Source: Candidatus Azambacteria bacterium RIFCSPLOWO2_01_FULL_44_84
Lineage (GTDB): Bacteria; Patescibacteriota; Minisyncoccia; UBA10092
Assembly (NCBI GenBank): GCA_001774075.1
Contig: MEYR01000030.1
Location: 1 to 35,267 of the forward strand
Reading direction: 5' to 3'
DNA: 35,267 nucleotides
In this document: in pieces, positions 17,666 through 26,961 of the stretch
Layout: each line of letters begins with the position of its first letter
Position numbering within the stretch: position 1 is the stretch's first letter
The notes under the pieces: model-generated
Told to the model about the DNA's origin: nothing
Database searches by the model: none
Seen by the model: only the letters and a program-made list of their open reading frames with translations
Position numbers and translations under genes: made by a program

Positions 17666-20089
17666 TTAGCAGACGTTGTAACCGCAGTTGACGCATCTCA
17701 CGCAGCCCTCTTCATAAACGAGGGCACTCTGCTTGCACTTGGGGCAGCGGTTTCCTTTGCTTAAGACGGGCTCCGCATCATTCTTATCTTTTTCTTTGGC
17801 CGCTTTGGGCTTAATGTTATCATCGTCTATAAACCCGAAACGCTTCAGGTAAATCTCAATGGCCTTGGAAATACCATCGGCAAGCGAAGTAATCTTCCCC
17901 TTGCCAAATCCGGCAACCCGGCTTCCGCCGATTCCCTTAAGCTGGTCCTTGAGTTGAATAAGCCGTTCGATTGACGATTTCGGCGATTCAAGGCGCAAGA
18001 ACGACGAAGCAAGGCGTCCGATGGCTTCGGCGTCGGCAGCGGCATCGGTACCGGCCTTAGCAACGTTAATAAATACCTCAAAGGGTTCGTTGGGGCCGAT
18101 ATCGGGGTCAAAGTTGATAGTCACAAACGCGGCGCCGTCCGGCGTCTCCACTCTAATGGTGGGTCCCAAAACCAGATCGGGCCGGGAGCGGATAAAATCG
18201 CGCGACTCTTTAGCTTTTTGTTTTCCGCTGATTCCGACCGAAAGGACGCCGCCTTTGCAGCCGTCCCTGAAGACGGTGATCCCCAGGCAACTGGACTCAT
18301 ATGCCTGCCAGTAGACTTTTTCAATATCGGCAACAGTAGCGGAGTTCGAAAGGTTAATCGTTTTAGACACGCCGTTATCGGTATGCCTTTGGAAAGCGGC
18401 CTGAATCTTGACATGCCACCGGTAAGGAATTTCATGGGTGGTGACAAAAACTCTTTTCACGTCATCCGGAATGTTAAGATCGCCAACGTGTCCGCTATTT
18501 TTGACTTCCTCTTCGAACATCGGAGAGTAAAATCCCCGTTCGCGGGCGATCTCCATGAGCCGATCAAAACCGGGTTGAATCCGATAAAGGATCCTATCCT
18601 CAAACTGATGCCTTTCCGTCAATCCATAGTATGGTTCAATGCCGCCGGAACATCCGGCAAGGATTCTGATTTCGCCGGTGGGAGCAATTGTCGTGATCGT
18701 GCAGTTGCGAATCGGTTTTTGATCCTTATAAATACTCTGATCCCAGAGCGGAAACGCTCCCCTTGCTTCGGCAAGCTTTTCTGATTCGTTATGGCCAATT
18801 TTATTGATGAATCCCTGAATTTCTTCAGCAACCCTGCAGGTTTCTTCCGAGGCGTAAGGAACGCCTAAAAACGCAAGCATATCCGCAAAGCCCATTATAC
18901 CAAGCCCGATCCGACGAATCTTGTGAGCAAGCTCCATAATCTGCGGCAAGGGATAGGGATTCATCTCAATAACGTTGTCAAGAAAAATAACCGCAAGCCG
19001 GACTGCCTTCTCAAGTTCTTCCCAGTTTATAACATACTTATCGCCTTCTCTGACAACAAACTTAACAAGATTGATAGAGCCCAGATTGCAAACATCGAAA
19101 TCAAACAGCGGCTGCTCGCCGCACGGATTTGTGGCTTCTATCGTCATGAGCCCCTGGAGCGGATTGGCTGGCGATCGGTTGGTCTTATCAATGAACCAAA
19201 GGCCAGGGTCTCCGGTTTCCCAAGCCATTTTCACGATCAGGTCAAAAACTTTACGGGCCTCGAGGTGTTTTACGACCTGACCGTCTTTCGGATCAATCAG
19301 GTCATATTCGGCATCTTCTTTTACGGCTTTCATAAAGACGTCGGTTGCGGCAACGGAGATATTGAAGTTGGCAATCTGAGTTTCAAGAAGCGAAATCCTA
19401 AGCTGGTCCAAACCGCGCCTGCTGTAAATATAGGGCTTGGTGCGTTCAAAGGTGGTAATATTTTTATCCGTCAGTTGGCTTTTACAGGCGATAAATTCCA
19501 AAATATCCGGATGATGGACGTTCATAATGGCCATGTTAGCGCCGCGGCGCATTCCGCCTTGCTTAACAAACTCCGTTGATGTGTTGAAGACTTTCAGAAA
19601 TGAAACCGGACCGGAAGACATCCCGCGGGTAGAACCGACAAGTGCGCCTTTCGGGCGCAACTTAGAAAAAGAAAAACCGGTGCCTCCGCCTGACTTGTGA
19701 ATTATTGCCTGGTTCTTGAGAGCTTCATAGATGCCATTCATTGAGTCGTATATGGGGAGAACGAAACAAGCGGAAAACTGCAAGCCGTTACCTGTCCCGG
19801 CATTGTAAAGTGTCGGAGCATTCGGAAAGAATTTTCTTTCGGCAAATAGAGTATAAAAGTTCTTGGCCGTGTCAATTATATCTTCTTCTGAACGGCTGTA
19901 CTTTTTCCCCGCTGAAGCGATGTAATAAGCAACGCGCCAGCACATTTCTTCTCTTGTTTCAATAATATTCCCCTCCCGATCACGCCTCAAAAAACGCTCA
20001 TTAACGAGCTTAATAGCATCAGGGGTCCAATTGCACGGCGCAAGGCCCTCTGGGATAGGAGCGATAAAGATGTTCTGCAATTCGCCCAT
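17666..20089 (-). CDS. nrdJ: Adenosylcobalamin-dependent (class II) ribonucleotide reductase with C-terminal TSCPD-like domain and zinc ribbon
   Basis: FFPNAPTLYNAG, SACFVLP, KQGGMRRGANM, ATNPCGEQPL, CNLGSINL, RRIGLGIMG, TTIAPTG and KTINL motifs; C-terminal CPKC...EEGC..C..CGY. No beta-subunit gene adjacent. Confidence 0.9.
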   Translation of the reverse strand: MGELQNIFIAPIPEGLAPCNWTPDAIKLVNERFLRRDREGNIIETREEMCWRVAYYIASAGKKYSRSEEDIIDTAKNFYTLFAERKFFPNAPTLYNAGTGNGLQFSACFVLPIYDSMNGIYEALKNQAIIHKSGGGTGFSFSKLRPKGALVGSTRGMSSGPVSFLKVFNTSTEFVKQGGMRRGANMAIMNVHHPDILEFIACKSQLTDKNITTFERTKPYIYSRRGLDQLRISLLETQIANFNISVAATDVFMKAVKEDAEYDLIDPKDGQVVKHLEARKVFDLIVKMAWETGDPGLWFIDKTNRSPANPLQGLMTIEATNPCGEQPLFDFDVCNLGSINLVKFVVREGDKYVINWEELEKAVRLAVIFLDNVIEMNPYPLPQIMELAHKIRRIGLGIMGFADMLAFLGVPYASEETCRVAEEIQGFINKIGHNESEKLAEARGAFPLWDQSIYKDQKPIRNCTITTIAPTGEIRILAGCSGGIEPYYGLTERHQFEDRILYRIQPGFDRLMEIARERGFYSPMFEEEVKNSGHVGDLNIPDDVKRVFVTTHEIPYRWHVKIQAAFQRHTDNGVSKTINLSNSATVADIEKVYWQAYESSCLGITVFRDGCKGGVLSVGISGKQKAKESRDFIRSRPDLVLGPTIRVETPDGAAFVTINFDPDIGPNEPFEVFINVAKAGTDAAADAEAIGRLASSFLRLESPKSSIERLIQLKDQLKGIGGSRVAGFGKGKITSLADGISKAIEIYLKRFGFIDDDNIKPKAAKEKDKNDAEPVLSKGNRCPKCKQSALVYEEGCVRCVNCGYNVC

Positions 20090-20214
20090 GATGTACTCCT
20101 TTTTTTATTTTTTAAAAGACCAAAAATAATAAACTGCTTAAGCAGTTAAAAGAATATAGCATGAGAAAATTTTCCGGTCAAAATAAAAGTATGTGGACAA
20201 ATTGTCATGAAACC

Positions 20215-20305
20215 CATAACATATAATATGCAACATTTAGCGCATAACGTGTGGTAAAAGATTTTTTTAATATTTTATGTTGCATGTTACGTGTTGTGTG
20301 TTATG
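20215..20305. repeat. Two-armed 7-bp-periodic element (ATAACAY / RTGTTRY family)
   Basis: Left arm cataaca-tataata-tgcaaca; right arm atgttgc-atgttac-gtgttgt-gtgttat. Directly upstream of efp. Confidence 0.75.
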
Positions 20306-20312
20306 TGAAATT

Positions 20313-20885
20313 ATGCTGTCAATAAATGATCTGAGAGTCGGAACACATATTGTTTACGAGGGCGCACCTTACGAAATTTTAGAAGTTCAGCATTTGCATA
20401 TCGGGCGGGGTAGCTCTTCAATTCAGACAAAACTTAAAAACTTGAAAACGGGACAAATATTAGCGCGCAATTTCAAGCCGGCCGATATGTTTGAAAAAGC
20501 CGGAATTGAAAAACAAAAGGTAAAATATATGTATCGTCACCGAGGCGAATATTGGTTTTCGGAAGAACAAAACCCGAAGAACAGGTTTGTGCTATCCGAA
20601 GAGCAACTCGGCGATACTATTCGCTTCCTAAAGCCCAATACGACCGTTGAAGCTTTAAATTTTAAAGAGAACATGCTCAACATAAATTTGCCCATAAAAA
20701 TGGACTTTAAAGTCGTTGAGGCGCCTCCCGCCATTCGGGGCAATACGGCGCAGGGCGGCAATAAGACTGTGACGATAGAAACTGGCGCCCAAATAATCGC
20801 GCCTCTATTTATAAACGAAGGCGACACCATAAGAGTAAATACCCAGACGGGAATGTATGTGGAGAGGACGGAAAAAGGACACTGA
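20313..20885 (+). CDS. efp: Elongation factor P
   Basis: INDLRVG, KLKNLKTG, PPAIRGNTAQGGNK, ETGA...PLFINEGD and VNTQTG.YVER motifs. ATG 20313 preferred. Confidence 0.96.
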   Translation: MLSINDLRVGTHIVYEGAPYEILEVQHLHIGRGSSSIQTKLKNLKTGQILARNFKPADMFEKAGIEKQKVKYMYRHRGEYWFSEEQNPKNRFVLSEEQLGDTIRFLKPNTTVEALNFKENMLNINLPIKMDFKVVEAPPAIRGNTAQGGNKTVTIETGAQIIAPLFINEGDTIRVNTQTGMYVERTEKGH

Positions 20886-20886
20886 T

Positions 20887-20967
20887 AGCGACACCGATTA
20901 CGAAGGACACGCGAATTTACGAATTTTATTAGTGTTACTCGTGTGAATTCGTGTATTTAGTGTCGCT
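20887..20967. repeat. Hairpin element between convergent efp and dedA; diverged relative of the 104-bp element
   Basis: Ends agcgacac...gtgtcgct. Shares tacgaattttattagt exactly with the 8995 and 9760 copies. Confidence 0.7.
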
Positions 20968-20968
20968 T

Positions 20969-21556
20969 CTAACCTTTCCAAAACTCTCTCCAGCCAATTA
21001 TAAATCCCACGATCAAAATACCGGCAATCCAAATCCAATGCTTAAAGACCGTAAACTCCGCGTACAAATCAAAAGCTCCGGAGAGCCAATAGCTGGCGTA
21101 AATCACAATTGGTATCCAAATCACAGCTCCGAGAAGATTAAAAAAGAAAAACTTACCAAACGGCAGTTTCAATACTCCGGCCAAATATGGAATAAACAAC
21201 CGGAAACCGACAAGAAATCGCGATAAAAAAATTGATTTTCCGGAATGTTTTTGAAAAAATTGTTTTGTCTTATCGAGCCGCGCCTGGGTAATGTGGAAAT
21301 GATCGGTGACAATCTGAAGAATTATTTCTCCTTTTTTTCTGCCTATCCAATAAGCCATATTATCGGCAATTAAAACACCTAAAAGGCACACTAAGACAAA
21401 GTTACCAAGTTTACCGAATCCAAGAGAGGCTACATACCCTGCGGCTATCAAAACCGCTTCTTCGGGTATGGGTAAAATATGCGATACGCTAATTACCGAC
21501 AATATCGCTAAATATGAAAATTCCACTATATAAACAGACAAAAAATCGAACAGCAT
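20969..21556 (-). CDS. dedA: DedA family membrane protein
   Basis: PIPEEAVLIAAG, ADNMAYWIGR and SRFLVGFR...AG motifs. Confidence 0.9.
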   Translation of the reverse strand: MLFDFLSVYIVEFSYLAILSVISVSHILPIPEEAVLIAAGYVASLGFGKLGNFVLVCLLGVLIADNMAYWIGRKKGEIILQIVTDHFHITQARLDKTKQFFQKHSGKSIFLSRFLVGFRLFIPYLAGVLKLPFGKFFFFNLLGAVIWIPIVIYASYWLSGAFDLYAEFTVFKHWIWIAGILIVGFIIGWREFWKG

Positions 21557-21559
21557 GGA

Positions 21560-23392
21560 TTACAGCCTAATTCTATCGCCAGGATTTATTTTTCTTTTGT
21601 CCCGTTCAGACTTAATAATCTCGGCATCTTTTTGAACAAGAGATTTGAGAGATATCTGAGCTTCAGGTGTTTCAACCGTCATTTTTTTCTTTGAAATCAT
21701 GGCTTCTTCTAAAACTTTTCTTAATTCTCCCGTATCAGGAGCCTTTCGCTGTCTTTTTTCTTCCGGCCTGAAAAATGACGCCGGCGCCGGTTTTCTTTGG
21801 AGTCTTTGGTCCGACCGGGACATATTGTCGTGGCGAGGCGGATGATCATTATACGGCCTTGAAGGCCGCTGCCCTTCAAAAGAAGGAGCGGCGGGAGTCC
21901 TCGCCTTTGTAAAGCAATCCTTGCAATATACCGGCCGCACGCCGTCCGGCTTGAACGGCACCTCAATTCCTTTCTTGCAAGTGGCGCAAAAAGCTTCAAA
22001 TGCTTTTGTGTTTCTTACCTCTTGAGAAAATTCCCGGCGCGGTTCTCTTGTCTCTTCACTCGCCTGTCCGGTAGGCAAGCCTGCTCTTTGTTCCTCTTCG
22101 GGAACAAGCCCCGTTGCTCGAGCGATAGCTTCTTCCACCTGAGTCCTCGGCATGCCGTAAGTTTTCCTTGAATATTCACTGATTTCATCGGTATAAGACA
22201 CTTCGGGCCGGGGCATCGGCGGCAAAGTGATAGCCGAAAAGGGCCTGGAAGGTACGCCATCAATCATAAGACGCAAGTAGACATTGTAATTGGGAAGATT
22301 CAATAAGTCCTGCGCCAGAATATCAGGCCCGAATTGTTTTTCTTCTAAAAATGTCACGTCCTCAGCACCAGTCCTGAAAGCGACAAAAGTGCCAACATTG
22401 CCAAAAACCGCGTCTTTTACCTTAACATTCTGGTCGTTTACCAGCTGGCCAATGTATTGATTGGTAATAATAAGATTTAGGCGATATTTGCGGGCCTCTG
22501 AAAGAATCGTGGCAAAGCTATCCGTGACGAAATTTTGAAACTCGTCGACATAAAGGTAAAAATCGTTGCGTTTCTCTTCGAGAATATCCACACGACTCAT
22601 AGCGGCAAGCTGAATTTTTGTGATGAGCATGCCGCCCAAAAGTTTTGAATTATCCTCGCCTATACGGCCTTTTGAAAGGTTCATTATGATGATTTTTCCC
22701 TCATCCATGGCCTTTCTAAAATCAAAAGTCGAATGTGGCTGGCCGATAATGTTTCTGATAATTGTCGCCGAACTGAATTGGCCGATTTTGTTCTGAATTG
22801 CGGCCGTGGCTTCTTGCTCGTATTTTTGCTGATAACTGGCATACTCTTGCGTCCAGAAAGTTTTAATAATCGGATCTGTAAGCTGATTAACTATTGTCTT
22901 CCTGAAAATCTTGTCGGAAAACATCCTGTTGACGCCAAGAAGCGTCGTGCCGGGAATCTCCAATAGCGCTAAAATAGTGTTATTTAATATATATTCCATT
23001 CTCGCCGACCAGACATCCGGCCAGATTTTTTTAAAAACTCCCATCAAACCTGACGCGATAAGGTGCCGCGATTCCGGATTGACATTTTCCATGGCATTAA
23101 AACCAACCGGATAGTCCATGTCGGCCGGATTAAAATAAATAACATCATTGATTCTCTCCTTGGGGACATAGTTTAAAAGAAGTTCGGCCATATCGCCGTG
23201 GGGATCGACAAATCCTATGCCGCGGCCGGCATTGATATCGTGGACCATCATATTCATCAAAAGAGTGGTTTTCCCAGTGCCCGTTTGCCCTATGACATAC
23301 ATATGGCGCCTGCGGTCGTCGGTTTTAATTCCAAATCGCCGCCTTTCGTTTCGAAAGCTGGTTTCGGCAAAAAATGTTATTTCATCATTCAT
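21560..23392 (-). CDS. DUF87/TraD-VirD4-like P-loop ATPase with a C-terminal CxxC-x17-CxxC domain
   Basis: DRRRHMYVIGQTGTGKT (Walker A), DPHGD, LYVDEFQNF (Walker B), LSEARKY; CATC-x17-CKDC near the C-terminus. Confidence 0.88.
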   Translation of the reverse strand: MNDEITFFAETSFRNERRRFGIKTDDRRRHMYVIGQTGTGKTTLLMNMMVHDINAGRGIGFVDPHGDMAELLLNYVPKERINDVIYFNPADMDYPVGFNAMENVNPESRHLIASGLMGVFKKIWPDVWSARMEYILNNTILALLEIPGTTLLGVNRMFSDKIFRKTIVNQLTDPIIKTFWTQEYASYQQKYEQEATAAIQNKIGQFSSATIIRNIIGQPHSTFDFRKAMDEGKIIIMNLSKGRIGEDNSKLLGGMLITKIQLAAMSRVDILEEKRNDFYLYVDEFQNFVTDSFATILSEARKYRLNLIITNQYIGQLVNDQNVKVKDAVFGNVGTFVAFRTGAEDVTFLEEKQFGPDILAQDLLNLPNYNVYLRLMIDGVPSRPFSAITLPPMPRPEVSYTDEISEYSRKTYGMPRTQVEEAIARATGLVPEEEQRAGLPTGQASEETREPRREFSQEVRNTKAFEAFCATCKKGIEVPFKPDGVRPVYCKDCFTKARTPAAPSFEGQRPSRPYNDHPPRHDNMSRSDQRLQRKPAPASFFRPEEKRQRKAPDTGELRKVLEEAMISKKKMTVETPEAQISLKSLVQKDAEIIKSERDKRKINPGDRIRL

Positions 23393-23428
23393 AAAGTTAC
23401 GAATTTACGAATTTTATTTCGTAGCCCC

Positions 23429-24697
23429 TTACCCTACGGGTAAAGAGACGGGGGGTTCGGCCTTTTTAGATTCTACATGGCGCAAAGTCGGCGCTTTGAC
23501 AACTACTAGCGGATAGTGATAAACGGTAGCTAACTCTTCAGCGTTAAGAGTAAAGTCCTTTCCCTTGGGTTTGCTGGGCCATTTTCGCTTAATGAATCGC
23601 TCGATAAAATTCTTTTTCTTAAGATACTCCCGCCTTTTTTTAAAAAATGGATAATCAGCCGACGTGCCGACGTCACTGTTCGGCTTAAAGCCGTTCATAT
23701 TGACGGTATTGAACTGTTTGAAAGCGCCCAACACCGCGGCGATATTGGCCTTGTTGAAAACGTCAGAACGGGCAATGTACGCGAAGCGAATCGAAGATTT
23801 AAAAAGCAGTTTTGAAACCTTGGCTTCAACGCCTTCGGCCACCAGTTTTTCCCCGGGTGAAAGCGTCAATTGTTTTTCCGCTTTTTCATCAGATTTGCGT
23901 TCCGCCCATTCAGGAAAAACAAAGGCTCCCTTTGCTAAATTAAGCATGAACTCAGCGGCTTCGCCGGAAAAATTTCCAAAAAATCCTTTTTTAGCTTCTT
24001 TCCTGCGGCCGTGCATTTTATCAATCTGAGCCTGAGCCGCTTCTTTTATTTTCTTTTCTTCGTCAAAACTCAGCGGTTTGACTATGTATTGTACGAAAAT
24101 ATTTTCACTCGGTTTTAATTTCGAAAGAATTTCTAAAAACGCGGCTATCGGATCAACCCGTCTCTCCTCTTCTTTTTCTTCAAACTGGGGGTAGGTTCTT
24201 AGTGGATAAAAATCATCCCTTGCCAAAACCAATTCAACGCCGGCAATATCAAAATTTTTTGACGGAACTTTACTTGCCAGGGGCCCGGCATAATCAAGAG
24301 TCTCATGAATTTCCGCGCCCGGATACTGGGCGTAAATCTGGGCTTCAACCAGATTACGGTATTGTTCCGGAGTTCTTACAAAAAAATAAACGCCCCCGTC
24401 AATACCGGCTATCTCCAAACTAAACCACTCCTGGACCTTGCCCTTCCAGTATTTATCCCAGAATTTTATTTTTGTCTGAACACCATGCAACCCGGCAAAA
24501 ATCTGCTCCATGGATTTGGGTGTTCGTTGGACGTCTCGCGGAACTTTAACTTCAAGTAAAATCCAGTTGATTTTTTTGACGGCCTTAGCTTTCAAATACT
24601 TGGTCCAAAGCTCAATAAAAGCCGAAAACAAAGCGACGGGAAGCCAAAGCCACCACAAAGACAGAAATACCCCGATAATTTGATATAAAATATCCAT
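23429..24697 (-). CDS. Conserved CPR membrane protein, partner of the DUF87 ATPase
   Basis: LLEVKVP...PKSMEQIF, FSLEIA, QIYAQYP, YPLRTY and LNAEELATVYHYP motifs, as in the N-terminal half of CPR T4CP-like proteins. Confidence 0.75.
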   Translation of the reverse strand: MDILYQIIGVFLSLWWLWLPVALFSAFIELWTKYLKAKAVKKINWILLEVKVPRDVQRTPKSMEQIFAGLHGVQTKIKFWDKYWKGKVQEWFSLEIAGIDGGVYFFVRTPEQYRNLVEAQIYAQYPGAEIHETLDYAGPLASKVPSKNFDIAGVELVLARDDFYPLRTYPQFEEKEEERRVDPIAAFLEILSKLKPSENIFVQYIVKPLSFDEEKKIKEAAQAQIDKMHGRRKEAKKGFFGNFSGEAAEFMLNLAKGAFVFPEWAERKSDEKAEKQLTLSPGEKLVAEGVEAKVSKLLFKSSIRFAYIARSDVFNKANIAAVLGAFKQFNTVNMNGFKPNSDVGTSADYPFFKKRREYLKKKNFIERFIKRKWPSKPKGKDFTLNAEELATVYHYPLVVVKAPTLRHVESKKAEPPVSLPVG

Positions 24698-24753
24698 GCT
24701 TACAAAATATTAAACAGCATGGATATTATACCAAAATACACGTATTTCGTAAA

Positions 24754-24781
24754 TCCCCACACTTATGTATAAGTGTGGGGA
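24754..24781. repeat. Perfect palindrome (CCCCRC...GYGGGG family), possible terminator
   Basis: tccccacacttat-gt-ataagtgtgggga. Confidence 0.7.
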
Positions 24782-24786
24782 CAAAA

Positions 24787-25836
24787 CTAAGCCAATACGA
24801 ATTTCTCATTATCCAGTCTCTTGAAAGTCTTACGATTCTGGAGATTAAGCAGAATCGTGTTTTCCTTGACCATCCGGCGCGATAGAACTTGTTTGATTAT
24901 TTCCTCTTTTGACAGCGCGCCACCTGCCTTTTTTAGGACATTCACCATTACATCCTTTACCGTCCCTGGCTCGTATCCCCAATCGCGCAAGGCATAGGTG
25001 CCTCGGCCGACCAGGACGAATCGTGAGTCTTTTATAAGTTCGTTGTGGACAGTTTGCGGATGAGCCTTTCTGGTGCCAAATGAAATTTTATTGATAAGGT
25101 CGCAAACTTGACGGAAATGAAGCGGGTTTTGCTCGCGCTTCAGCACCAGATACGCTTTATCTTTGACACCTCTTGGAGAAACCTCCGGAGATTGAGTGAG
25201 ACCCCACTCACCGAATGGATTTTTAGAAATATGTCGCGAAAGAGAAAGATAAGAGGCCAGAGAAGCGGGCTCGGGGTTAAGATTGGCCATTTTTGCCGCC
25301 TCAAGTTTCAATGCGTTTATCATGGAGTCGTGGCTAAGAAGTTTGTTGCTTGAAGCGATATATTTTTTAATGGCAGAAGCAAGTTCAACGACGTCTTTAC
25401 AAACGCCCGCGCTGTGACTCCAGGCCGGATGCAGATTATCATTGCCCTCAAAATATACCAACCTCTTTTTGCCCAAAGCCAAAACAAAATTAACAGCGTT
25501 CTCGGATTTTTTTTCCTCCGGCAATAAAATAGAACCGAGCTCTTTTAAAAGCACATCTTCGCGCCTAATACCGCCGCAGGCTTTCAAATGATTGCCAACA
25601 AGTTGAAAAACAGGCTCAAGTTTGGCCGTGATAGTGTCCCGACTCAATTGTTTTAATCCCTCCGATTCAATCTGGCGCACCCTTTCGCGAGTGATGCCGA
25701 ACTGTTTTCCGATCGCTTCTAGAGTTTGTCCTCGGCTTGAACTAAGACCGAATCGTTTCTCAATAATTTCTCGAGTCCTCGGATTAAGTGTTGAAATAAT
25801 ATCTTTCAATAAATTTTTGAAATTTTGCTCAGCCAT
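24787..25836 (-). CDS. Sigma-70 region 4 plus HARE-HTH (RNAP delta-like) protein
   Basis: RFGL...TLEAIG..FGITRERVRQIE, PLHF and QTVHNELIKDSRFVLVGRGTYAL motifs. ATG 25836 preferred. Confidence 0.82.
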   Translation of the reverse strand: MAEQNFKNLLKDIISTLNPRTREIIEKRFGLSSSRGQTLEAIGKQFGITRERVRQIESEGLKQLSRDTITAKLEPVFQLVGNHLKACGGIRREDVLLKELGSILLPEEKKSENAVNFVLALGKKRLVYFEGNDNLHPAWSHSAGVCKDVVELASAIKKYIASSNKLLSHDSMINALKLEAAKMANLNPEPASLASYLSLSRHISKNPFGEWGLTQSPEVSPRGVKDKAYLVLKREQNPLHFRQVCDLINKISFGTRKAHPQTVHNELIKDSRFVLVGRGTYALRDWGYEPGTVKDVMVNVLKKAGGALSKEEIIKQVLSRRMVKENTILLNLQNRKTFKRLDNEKFVLA

Positions 25837-25890
25837 ATTTCTGTGACTATGTTGTGCGGTCACGTAAATTAATAATAATAGATATCTATT

Positions 25891-25919
25891 AAGATATCAC
25901 GATAGTTTAGCTCTGTCAA
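25891..25919 (-). promoter_or_regulatory. Putative sigma70 promoter
   Basis: TTGACA-17 bp-TATCTT with an extended -10 TG. Confidence 0.5.
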
Positions 25920-25950
25920 AGACTTTCCCACAATTAATAAAAGTCGTCAA

Positions 25951-26011
25951 CCCCGCCCTTGAGATTCCTTTAAAACATATATGGTCATATATAGAAATCT
26001 CAAGGGCGGGG
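25951..26011. mobile_element. 61-bp MITE-like element at the secF stop
   Basis: Perfect 16-bp terminal inverted repeats ccccgcccttgagatt, with TCAA on both flanks (25947-25950, 26012-26015). Confidence 0.65.
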
Positions 26012-26959
26012 TCAAGCTCGGATTTTAGTAAGCCATTTTTGCCACGAGACTAATATTGGGGAAGCAATAAAAATTGATGAATACGTTCCGGCAAAAATGC
26101 CTACCGAAAGCGTAAGAATAAAATATTTCAATGTCTGGCCGCCGAAAAAATAAAGCGCGAAAAGAGTCAGAAGCACCGTTAATGAAGTATTAATAGAGCG
26201 CGTCAGTGTTTCGTTGACGCTGCGGTTCACAACCTCCTCAAAACTAAGATGGACGTAAAGTCTGAGATTTTCACGAAGGCGATCAAAGACTACAATGGTA
26301 TCGTGAACGGAAAAACCGAGAACGACTAATAGCGCCACGATAAAATTAGAATCAATCTCAATGCCGTAAAAATAGCCAAGATAAGAAAAAAGACCTAATG
26401 GTATCGCGACATCGTGAAATAAAGCGACCAAAGTTACGACGCCATAACGCCACGAATTCATCCCAACACCTCCAGTATGAGCGTGGAGACGAGTCAGTCC
26501 CGAAACTCGCCTGAAGGCCCAGGCAATATAGAGAGAAATACAGAGAAGGACTACAACAATGGCCATTATTGCCTTTCGCTTTAATTCCGCGCCAATAGTC
26601 GGGCCAACGCTGGAAAAACGCCGCTCTTCTATCTGCGACATATTTTTTTGTGCCGCCTCCGTCAAAGTCGCTATTATATCTTGATGGGTTTTTTCATCGC
26701 TCTGGACTATCGTGAGCAAAAATTCCTTATCGCCCACCGGCGAAATCTTAAACGCGCCGAGATTCAGGGGTTTTAATATCCGCATTATTTCTTCGCTATT
26801 TGGCCGCGTGCCCTGGGTATAAATCAGTTCAAGGTTGGACCCGCCCTTAAAATCAATGCCAAGCTCAAGCTGCCACAAAACTAAAGCAATAATGCTCGCG
26901 CCAATGGCGATGCCGGAAATAATGTAATATATTTTTCTCTTTCCTATTATGTTTAGCAT
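26012..26959 (-). CDS. secF: Protein translocase subunit SecF
   Basis: LGIDFKGG, VGPTIGAEL, LGFSVHDTIVVFDRLREN and GTYSSIFIASP motifs. Confidence 0.97.
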   Translation of the reverse strand: MLNIIGKRKIYYIISGIAIGASIIALVLWQLELGIDFKGGSNLELIYTQGTRPNSEEIMRILKPLNLGAFKISPVGDKEFLLTIVQSDEKTHQDIIATLTEAAQKNMSQIEERRFSSVGPTIGAELKRKAIMAIVVVLLCISLYIAWAFRRVSGLTRLHAHTGGVGMNSWRYGVVTLVALFHDVAIPLGLFSYLGYFYGIEIDSNFIVALLVVLGFSVHDTIVVFDRLRENLRLYVHLSFEEVVNRSVNETLTRSINTSLTVLLTLFALYFFGGQTLKYFILTLSVGIFAGTYSSIFIASPILVSWQKWLTKIRA

Positions 26960-26961
26960 AC

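Noticed and set aside
17666-20089. Intein or intron in nrdJ
   Set aside because: The frame is continuous, the length is normal, and no splicing or homing-endonuclease motifs are seen.
20090-20312. Cobalamin riboswitch or NrdR boxes upstream of nrdJ
   Set aside because: The region is AT-rich, lacks recognisable B12-box or NrdR consensus, and is largely explained by a periodic repeat.
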